Shown here in pieces: positions 1 to 6,151 of a stretch of 35,289 nt of DNA. The notes under the pieces are model-generated. The model saw only the letters and a program-made list of their open reading frames with translations, was not told where the DNA came from and searched no databases. The stretch is taken from the IMG/VR virus record IMGVR_UViG_3300027963_000050; one strand, 5' to 3'. The DNA comes from a virus (Duplodnaviria; Heunggongvirae; Uroviricota; Caudoviricetes). The stretch's first letter is position 1. The number at the start of each line of letters is the position of its first letter. Both the position numbers and the translations under genes were made by a program.

Positions 1-435
1 TTCAGCATCAATCTTATTGTTTTTGTTTCTATCCAATCTTTTTTGACGACCTTTTAAAGATTCGTTCATATCTGAACCACAGAATTTTAACGTTCTTTCA
101 TCTTCAGGACCAAAATTATCCATATGATATTTACAAGCATCTTCATTTTTAGAATCTAACTCTTCATTATCCGAATCACCTAACACCATATCTTCTTGGA
201 CATAGTCAAATTCTTCTGAATTATCAATGTCTTTAACATCGTAGATACCTTCTTCCATATCACCACTTTTATATCCACACTCATTACATTCACCTTCATA
301 CATTGTCCCACCGCATTCGCAAACACTACCGGATTCCGTTAATTTAGAAACAATATTATCGGCTCTATCTTCTAAAGTTTCTTTTAAAATTTTAGATACC
401 AAATTGTCTAAGTAAGTACTATTTAATTTTTTCAT
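1..435 (-). CDS. Hypothetical late protein, runs off the window edge (3' truncated); acidic, with a CxC...CxxC knuckle and an EF-hand-like loop
   Basis: Not in the ORF track. ATG at 435-433, open to base 1: MKKLNSTYLDNLVSKILKETLE...CECGGTMYEGECNECG...SLKGRQKRLDRNKNNKIDAE. TATTTATA motif lies 13 nt upstream. Confidence 0.85.
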   Translation of the reverse strand, partial: MKKLNSTYLDNLVSKILKETLEDRADNIVSKLTESGSVCECGGTMYEGECNECGYKSGDMEEGIYDVKDIDNSEEFDYVQEDMVLGDSDNEELDSKNEDACKYHMDNFGPEDERTLKFCGSDMNESLKGRQKRLDRNKNNKIDAE

Positions 436-448
436 TTTTCTTTTTTAT

Positions 449-456
449 TATAAATA
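449..456 (-). promoter_or_regulatory. Putative late promoter motif TATTTATA
   Basis: 13 nt upstream of the ATG at 435; the same core precedes several other late/structural genes. Confidence 0.6.
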
Positions 457-471
457 TATTAATCTTCAAGT

Positions 472-1440
472 TTATTTCTTAGGAAAGGTATTTTCATACT
501 CATAAGCGATAATACTTTTAATTACATTTTCACTTATGTTATGTCTTTCACTTATATTTTTAATCGCATTTTTCACATTTTCATTCTCAAAAATCTTTAG
601 AGCTTTAATATCACCTTGATTACAGTATGGAAATTTTTTACATTTTTTCTTAACTTGAACAAATTTACCTCCGGGAATTTGTGTTTTAGATTTTCCTCTC
701 CAATCTTTTTTACTTGTTGATTTAGCCCAAGCCGCATTTGTCTCATAAGAACCTGAAGAACCTGAACCCGTCGCCTCTGTTGCTTCAACTTTTTTGGTTT
801 CTCCACAAACACATTTAGATTTAACCCTATCACAAGAATCACAATATTCTTCTTTGTTTTCTTTCACACAATTAGGAACCATTTTACCATTTTTCTTTTT
901 ACCACCAATTTGTTTATATCCTTTCCAACATTCTTCTTCCATTTCACCTTTAGTTGTTGAGAATAATGGAGCGGAAAATCCACCTGCAGAACCTGAACCG
1001 GTACTTTCTTTACTTTCTTCTTTACCAACTCTTTTATATCTGTTTTTTTTAATAAACGGGTCAGACACAGTTACATTTGGTGTACCAAATTCATTATCCT
1101 TTTCTTTAAACTTTTTAAAATCGGTGTCTGTTTGAATATCTTTCTGAAATTGTTTTTTACCACTTTTATCTTCCCCCATAATTGGTAATCCCATTGTTAA
1201 TTTACCAATAGGTGTTTTCATTTTAGTCTTACCAACCAATTTATCAACAACCCCCGATTTAATAGGTCTTTTAATCATAACTTCTTTTTTATTTTTTTTA
1301 TCAATATCCATAGACTCATTTGAGACTGATGATAAAGTTTCCGCGGCTATTGTAGCCGCCTCAACACCACCACGATAAACATTAGCATTACTAAATTCTT
1401 TTTCCATTGCGGCCTTTAAACTTGGAATTTTGTTTGACAT
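472..1440 (-). CDS. Hypothetical modular phage protein (CWKGY...VPNCV module, duplicated E-(S/A)TGSGS motif, KKKCKKFPYCNQGD module)
   Basis: 322-aa ORF in a tightly packed minus-strand operon. The CWxGY...VPNCV motif is one I recall from hypothetical proteins of large myophages. Confidence 0.8.
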   Translation of the reverse strand: MSNKIPSLKAAMEKEFSNANVYRGGVEAATIAAETLSSVSNESMDIDKKNKKEVMIKRPIKSGVVDKLVGKTKMKTPIGKLTMGLPIMGEDKSGKKQFQKDIQTDTDFKKFKEKDNEFGTPNVTVSDPFIKKNRYKRVGKEESKESTGSGSAGGFSAPLFSTTKGEMEEECWKGYKQIGGKKKNGKMVPNCVKENKEEYCDSCDRVKSKCVCGETKKVEATEATGSGSSGSYETNAAWAKSTSKKDWRGKSKTQIPGGKFVQVKKKCKKFPYCNQGDIKALKIFENENVKNAIKNISERHNISENVIKSIIAYEYENTFPKK

Positions 1441-1443
1441 AAA

Positions 1444-1689
1444 TTAAGCGTTTTTAAGTCTTGGTTCCCAATAACTTCTGTTCATCCACATAAATTGATA
1501 GAATTCTCGGAACATTCGTAACGCAATTTCTTTAACATCACCTTCTAGTTTTCCTCGTTTAAGTTCTTTAGATATTGTATCAATTAATTTATTTTCATAT
1601 TGTTGCATAGTACTACTCCCAAAAAAATCTTTAATTTCTTTACGAACCATAACTTCAATATCTTTTTTTTCTGTCGCTGTTAGTGCCAT
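1444..1689 (-). CDS. Small hypothetical protein
   Basis: 81-aa ORF packed 2-3 nt from both neighbours; ATATTTAT motif 16 nt upstream. Confidence 0.8.
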   Translation of the reverse strand: MALTATEKKDIEVMVRKEIKDFFGSSTMQQYENKLIDTISKELKRGKLEGDVKEIALRMFREFYQFMWMNRSYWEPRLKNA

Positions 1690-1691
1690 AA

Positions 1692-2096
1692 TTATTTAAC
1701 TATTAATAAATATGAAGTCGCCAATACACCTAAAAATGTACCGGCTTTATATATAAAAGATTTAAATTTAACCGCCTTTAATTCTTTCTGTAAATCCTTA
1801 GTCATCAGGTCATATTGAGTTATTTGTAAATCTTTTTGACCTATAATAAATTGATTATTTTTATCTTTCTTCTCTAATAAAGAAATGATTGTATCTTTCT
1901 GAACTTCTCTAGCCTCAACTTTAGTTAGTTTAAATTGAGTTAACGATAACTCTTGTTTACATCCATCAAATCTTAATAAGTCTTGATAGATTAATCTAGC
2001 TGTTTTAGTTGGAAGAACTACTTTGGTTGTATCTTGCTGCGAATAACAGCTCAAGCTCAACATTACCAAAGTTATTAGCATTATTAACTTTTTCAT
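1692..2096 (-). CDS. Secreted/lipoprotein coiled-coil protein with C-terminal TM helix; spanin-like (outer/unimolecular-type candidate)
   Basis: MKK + hydrophobic core + SLSC17 (possible lipobox) or CYS|QQ signal-peptidase-I site; helical middle; C-terminal AGTFLGVLATSYLLIV. Overlaps the upstream gene by 92 nt. Confidence 0.55.
   Translation of the reverse strand: MKKLIMLITLVMLSLSCYSQQDTTKVVLPTKTARLIYQDLLRFDGCKQELSLTQFKLTKVEAREVQKDTIISLLEKKDKNNQFIIGQKDLQITQYDLMTKDLQKELKAVKFKSFIYKAGTFLGVLATSYLLIVK
1706..1713 (-). promoter_or_regulatory. Putative late promoter motif ATATTTAT
   Basis: Lies inside the 3' end of 1692..2096, 16 nt upstream of the ATG at 1689. Confidence 0.45.
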
Positions 2097-2370
2097 TTGT
2101 TTTTTCTTTTACGATTGTTAAATTATTATCAATATGATGAATTTCTTTAGTAATGTTGGTAACATTCTCTTTTACCTCCATAACTTTAGTATCTATTTGT
2201 TTATTAACTACTTGAGCAGAATCCACTTTAACTTGTATCCCCTCAATTTTCTTTTTATAACCACTAACGTCAGTTTTAATACCACTAGTTGTGAAAATAT
2301 TCCAACCCACTAAAGCGGCGACGATAATTAATAAAATTGTTTGACTTTTACCTTGAGTAATATCTTTCAT
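2005..2370 (-). CDS. N-terminal TM + coiled-coil protein; inner-membrane spanin (Rz-like) candidate
   Basis: TM ILLIIVAALVGWNIF followed by a heptad-rich periplasmic region; overlapped by a signal-peptide gene and close to an amidase-like gene. Confidence 0.55.
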   Translation of the reverse strand: MKDITQGKSQTILLIIVAALVGWNIFTTSGIKTDVSGYKKKIEGIQVKVDSAQVVNKQIDTKVMEVKENVTNITKEIHHIDNNLTIVKEKTNEKVNNANNFGNVELELLFAARYNQSSSSN

Positions 2371-2960
2371 TATTTCTCTGTTTTAATTGTTTTCTTTCTT
2401 GATGCCAATACTTTAGACCATTTTACCTTAAATTTTTCATAAAACGCCTTTAATTTTGTTATCATTTCCAAAAAATCGTCATCGGTTTTAATCATATCAC
2501 CGTTAATATATATCCCACTCTCTTCCCCAATTGAAAGAAGGAATTCAATATCAAAATCAATAATTTTACCAGACCATTCAACATTATTTGGATAAAGATT
2601 AAGTTTATTAAAATCTACTAAATCCGAAACTTCATTAACAAATTCATCCATAGTCTCTTGGAATGCAATTTTTTCATCTGTTGTTAACTCTAAATCAGTT
2701 TGTTCTTTACCGTGTAATACTAACACACCACCGGAGATTCTATAAGCCTGTGACTTATCGTCATTAGTCTCTGTATCGTCCTCAATTGCATCATCAACTG
2801 ATTGAGCAACATCGTATTTTTTAGTTACATCATTATCCGCAACATCTTGTTCATTTAATAAACTATATTGTCTACGGATATCTTCATTAATATTATTGTC
2901 TCCCAATAATCTTCTTGAAGCATTTAATAATTGTTTGATTTCATCGTGTGAATTGTTCAT
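2370..2960 (-). CDS. Acidic hypothetical protein
   Basis: 196-aa ORF; TAATG overlap with the downstream gene and 20-nt overlap with the upstream gene. Confidence 0.8.
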   Translation of the reverse strand: MNNSHDEIKQLLNASRRLLGDNNINEDIRRQYSLLNEQDVADNDVTKKYDVAQSVDDAIEDDTETNDDKSQAYRISGGVLVLHGKEQTDLELTTDEKIAFQETMDEFVNEVSDLVDFNKLNLYPNNVEWSGKIIDFDIEFLLSIGEESGIYINGDMIKTDDDFLEMITKLKAFYEKFKVKWSKVLASRKKTIKTEK

Positions 2961-3549
2961 ATTCTATTTTTTTTAAAAATTCTTCAAATTTAAAAGCCGG
3001 ACTCACATCAGTAAATTGAGAATCAAAATTACTTTTAGTCACAACCCCCTCGTATTTTTCAATACCTATTATTTTTGTATTGTGTTCTATTATTTGGTTC
3101 TTTATTGATACTTTATCAAACAAATGATTACATAACGCCGCAGTAGATTCAAGTTGTTTATCAGTATAAGGTTGCCAAAAGAAATAATCTCTCCACTTCT
3201 TTTCAAACACATTACCTTTATAAATATCCCCAATCCAGTTAATGTAATAGTCACTTAGCGGTTCTTTTTGTAACCACCCTAAATTTTCTAATGATATGAT
3301 AATTGAATTTCTATTAATATTTGGTTCCGAGAAATATTCGGTGTGTTCATTGTTCTCTAAAAGTTGGAGAATTTCACCTTCTTTTGTTACAATGTAGTTT
3401 GGTACTCTTTTAAATTTCCCGTTGTAACGATATTTTAACATCATTAAATACTCACCCGAATTTCTTGAAGTATGGGTGAGTATTATTTGATTTTTTTTCT
3501 TTTGTTTTCCCGATGGCTTAAAGTCACCGTATTTTATTATGTCTATCAT
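2941..3549 (-). CDS. N-acetylmuramoyl-L-alanine amidase (Amidase_2/PGRP-fold) homologue, catalytic residues apparently degenerate
   Basis: Motif order QIILTHTS / PNYIVTKEGEILQLL / NRNSIIISLEN / YTDKQLESTAAL / TDVSPAF matches the Amidase_2 fold, but the HH, His and Glu positions are altered. Confidence 0.7.
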   Translation of the reverse strand: MIDIIKYGDFKPSGKQKKKNQIILTHTSRNSGEYLMMLKYRYNGKFKRVPNYIVTKEGEILQLLENNEHTEYFSEPNINRNSIIISLENLGWLQKEPLSDYYINWIGDIYKGNVFEKKWRDYFFWQPYTDKQLESTAALCNHLFDKVSIKNQIIEHNTKIIGIEKYEGVVTKSNFDSQFTDVSPAFKFEEFLKKIEYEQFTR

Positions 3550-3571
3550 TTCAGATAACTTAATTATTTAT

Positions 3572-4393
3572 TTAGTCATTTGTTGGTTTAACATAACTTA
3601 ACCTATTTGGACGTGGTGGTTCGTGTGTGTCCATTCCCGGACTAACATATTTATCTTCAATTAATTCGTCAAAGTAATCTTCTTCTTCATCGTTATCTTT
3701 GTTTAATTCAACCACTGCAACTTCAACAATCTTTTCAACCTCAACAATCTTTTCAACCTCAACAATCTTTTCAACTTCAACAATCCTCTCAACTTCAATA
3801 GGTACTCTAACTATTTTTTCAACAATCACTTCTTCTATTACCGGAACCTCTACGATTACTTCTTTAATAACCTCTTTTTCCACAATAACTTCTTTAATTA
3901 TCTCTTTTACCTCATTATTACCTGATTTTCCATCATCGTATTTTGTGAAGAAGTGTAGAGACGTTAATGAGATTACAGGAAGTAAACCTCCTTCTAAGAA
4001 TGCCAACCATCTTTTCATTGAGATAACGTCATTAGCTTTTGAACCTAACATTTCCCACACCGGTCCGGTAAGTTCCATCCACGATTTAAATAACTCCCCA
4101 TTAGCATCAATTTGTTTATATGAATAGAAAATATTACCAATCATTTGGATGAAAGTAATTATCCCAAACATAAACCATACACCACCTTTGATTTTGTTAG
4201 TGGCCGCAACCAATGCGGTCATAGCACCTATCTCAATAGCAATTGATAAGTATATCGCCCAACTGATGGGATTGGCCAAATTATACCAAGATACAACGTG
4301 TGATATAGATATTCCCGCAACCAAAATTATAGGTATCAAGAACATCGCTCTGTTTGGGTGTTCCTTAACGGATGCCCATAACTTCTTAATCAT
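3572..4393 (-). CDS. Multi-pass membrane protein (about 4 TM, holin-like candidate) with a C-terminal E/V/K/I low-complexity repeat tail
   Basis: Hydrophobic segments in aa ~17-150, then KEVI(V/I)E and EVEKIV repeats; adjacent to the amidase-like gene. Confidence 0.7.
   Translation of the reverse strand: MIKKLWASVKEHPNRAMFLIPIILVAGISISHVVSWYNLANPISWAIYLSIAIEIGAMTALVAATNKIKGGVWFMFGIITFIQMIGNIFYSYKQIDANGELFKSWMELTGPVWEMLGSKANDVISMKRWLAFLEGGLLPVISLTSLHFFTKYDDGKSGNNEVKEIIKEVIVEKEVIKEVIVEVPVIEEVIVEKIVRVPIEVERIVEVEKIVEVEKIVEVEKIVEVAVVELNKDNDEEEDYFDELIEDKYVSPGMDTHEPPRPNRLSYVKPTND
3723..3794. repeat. 18-bp tandem repeat x4 (TCAACAATCTTTTCAACC), encoding (VEKIVE)n on the minus strand
   Basis: Units at 3723, 3741, 3759 and 3777 (the last is degenerate). 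Confidence 0.9.
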
Positions 4394-4658
4394 TAGATAT
4401 TTTACTTATTTCTTGGTCAATTTGAGTTTGTCTTGTAACATCTAATATTTTTCTATCAGACGCTTGAATAGCTCTTTTCTCAGATTTAAGACCTTCAATC
4501 TTTATTTCTCTACGAAGTTTAACTGATAATGAATCAACACTATCATTAACGTCTTGGACTTTTGAATTTGTACTACAAGTCTTAAAAAATGTAATAATTA
4601 CTAGGAAGAACATTATTCTAATACCCCAAGTATCAATAAAATTTAAAATTGGTTTCAT
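4386..4658 (-). CDS. Small single-TM membrane protein with coiled-coil C-terminus
   Basis: TM IRIMFFLVIITFF followed by a helical charged tail; 8-nt overlap with the next gene. Confidence 0.75.
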   Translation of the reverse strand: MKPILNFIDTWGIRIMFFLVIITFFKTCSTNSKVQDVNDSVDSLSVKLRREIKIEGLKSEKRAIQASDRKILDVTRQTQIDQEISKISND

Positions 4659-4691
4659 AATTTTTGTATTAAGTTTATTATAAAAGTAAAA

Positions 4692-4719
4692 AACCTTCTA
4701 TTATAATAAATAGAAGGTT
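4692..4719 (-). terminator. Intrinsic terminator downstream of the sigma gene
   Basis: 11-bp perfect inverted repeat AACCTTCTATT (4692-4702) / AATAGAAGGTT (4709-4719), 6-nt loop, followed on the minus strand by a T-rich run. Confidence 0.8.
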
Positions 4720-4728
4720 CTAAAGTTT

Positions 4729-5529
4729 TTACATATAATCAAACAATACGGAACTCTCATTCCTTAATTTTCGTAAAGCTTTTTCTTTAATTTGCCTGAC
4801 ACGTTCTTTTGTGAGGTTGAAATCCCCACCGATATCTTCAAGGGTTCTTGGTGTTCCGGATAATCCAAAATAATCCTCAATAATCAATTTTTCTCTTTCA
4901 TCTAAAATATGTAATAGACTTAATAATTTAATCTTCAACATATCACCTGAATTAAATGACTCGTCGGGCATATCTGCATTATTGTTAACAATGATATCAA
5001 CTAAAGTATCACCATCCTCATTAATATTCATATCCAAGTCAATCATTGATGGTAAGTTTTGAAACTTATCTTCTAACTTACCACCATTAGATTCAATTGC
5101 TTTCTTGGCTCTATGTAAATCCTGAACTACATTAACCGGTAGTCTTATAGTACGAGCATTGTCGTTTAATGATTGAAGAATGGATTGTTTAACCCACCAT
5201 ACCGCGTAAGATATAAATCTAAGATTCTTAGACCAATCAAAGTTATTAATAGCTTTCATCAACCCTAAGTTACCTTCGGCAATTAAATCAGGAAAATCTA
5301 ATCCTTGATTTTGATATTGTTTAGCAACTGTAATAACAAAACGTAAATTCCCCTCAAGAAGTTCTTTTTGAATCTCCTTTCGTCTAGTATCACTAATCTC
5401 ATTACCATTCATTAGTAACGCTAACTGACGTTCTCTTTCGGGAGTCATTACTTTAATCTTACGAATGTCTTTCAAATATAAGTTAATCTCTTCTTGGTTA
5501 ATCGGTATGCCTGAATTTTTTTCTTTCAT
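4729..5529 (-). CDS. rpoD: Phage-encoded RNA polymerase sigma-70 factor, RpoD/SigA-like (Bacteroidota type)
   Basis: Region 1.2 YLKDI; region 2 NLRFVITVAKQYQNQGLDFPDLIAEGNLGLMKA...FISYAVWWVKQSILQSL; region 4 TLEDIGGDFNLTKERVRQIKEKAL. Confidence 0.93.
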   Translation of the reverse strand: MKEKNSGIPINQEEINLYLKDIRKIKVMTPERERQLALLMNGNEISDTRRKEIQKELLEGNLRFVITVAKQYQNQGLDFPDLIAEGNLGLMKAINNFDWSKNLRFISYAVWWVKQSILQSLNDNARTIRLPVNVVQDLHRAKKAIESNGGKLEDKFQNLPSMIDLDMNINEDGDTLVDIIVNNNADMPDESFNSGDMLKIKLLSLLHILDEREKLIIEDYFGLSGTPRTLEDIGGDFNLTKERVRQIKEKALRKLRNESSVLFDYM

Positions 5530-5530
5530 A

Positions 5531-6106
5531 TTAATTTGAGTATTTATTTAGTTGTGATAATTCTTTTTCTGTTAGTGAATTTAAACCTTTATCTTTAATT
5601 TTTTCCAATAATTCATCTAAAGATGGTATGCGTTGTTTATTTTTAATTTCATCAATGTCCGTCCACTCATCTTCATCATATTCAAAATCAAAATTATCAA
5701 CGTTTAAGTTAAAGTTATCTCGGATTTTGTCTTGTATCATTTTTCGTACCTCAAATTCTTCTGTGTACGAATTATTTGGTTTTTCTGACATAAAGTCACT
5801 AATACCATCATTAAAAAGATGTTTAGATATTTTTTCAGGTAATCCATATGACAAATTGTCAGAGGTGTAAGGTAATAATATATACATAATATCACCCACG
5901 TCTAAAATCATATCAATATAGTCTTTCACATCCTGATAAGAATCTAATGTTGATATTGTGAACACAGATGATTCTGGTCCGAAATAAAAATTAAGATTTG
6001 GTGAGTCAGAAATAACACATAATTCTTCTGCGATTTGTTCTGTAAATTCTTTTGGGTTGTCGTTTTTTGCAAAGACAAATAAAATGTATTTGGTTAAGTC
6101 ATTCAT
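5531..6106 (-). CDS. Hypothetical protein with a C-terminal DUF6576-like helical motif
   Basis: C-terminus LDELLEKIKDKGLNSLTEKELSQL resembles the 'ILDKI..SG..SLT..E' motif known from the C-termini of Bacteroidota rhomboid-associated proteins. Confidence 0.65.
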   Translation of the reverse strand: MNDLTKYILFVFAKNDNPKEFTEQIAEELCVISDSPNLNFYFGPESSVFTISTLDSYQDVKDYIDMILDVGDIMYILLPYTSDNLSYGLPEKISKHLFNDGISDFMSEKPNNSYTEEFEVRKMIQDKIRDNFNLNVDNFDFEYDEDEWTDIDEIKNKQRIPSLDELLEKIKDKGLNSLTEKELSQLNKYSN

Positions 6107-6137
6107 ACGTTATACGTTTAAGTTAGATATTATGTTA

Positions 6138-6145
6138 CAAAGATA
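6138..6145 (-). promoter_or_regulatory. Bacteroidota-type -7 element TATCTTTG upstream of 5531..6106 and the sigma gene
   Basis: Exact TAnnTTTG match in the 45-nt intergenic gap; the -33 TTTG is not well matched. Confidence 0.6.
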
Positions 6146-6151
6146 GTGAAA

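Noticed and set aside
597-1135. ORFs 597..842 (-) and 794..1135 (+)
   Set aside because: Alternative-frame or antisense shadows of the 322-aa gene, with no motifs or own initiation context.
3699-4445. Plus-strand ORFs 3699..4127 (STSTIF repeats) and 4149..4445
   Set aside because: The STSTIF pattern is simply the antisense reading of the EVEKIV repeat; both ORFs lie wholly opposite a convincing gene.
6106-6119. 7-bp tandem TACGTTA/TACGTTT at the start of 5531..6106
   Set aside because: Only two short copies; plausible by chance.
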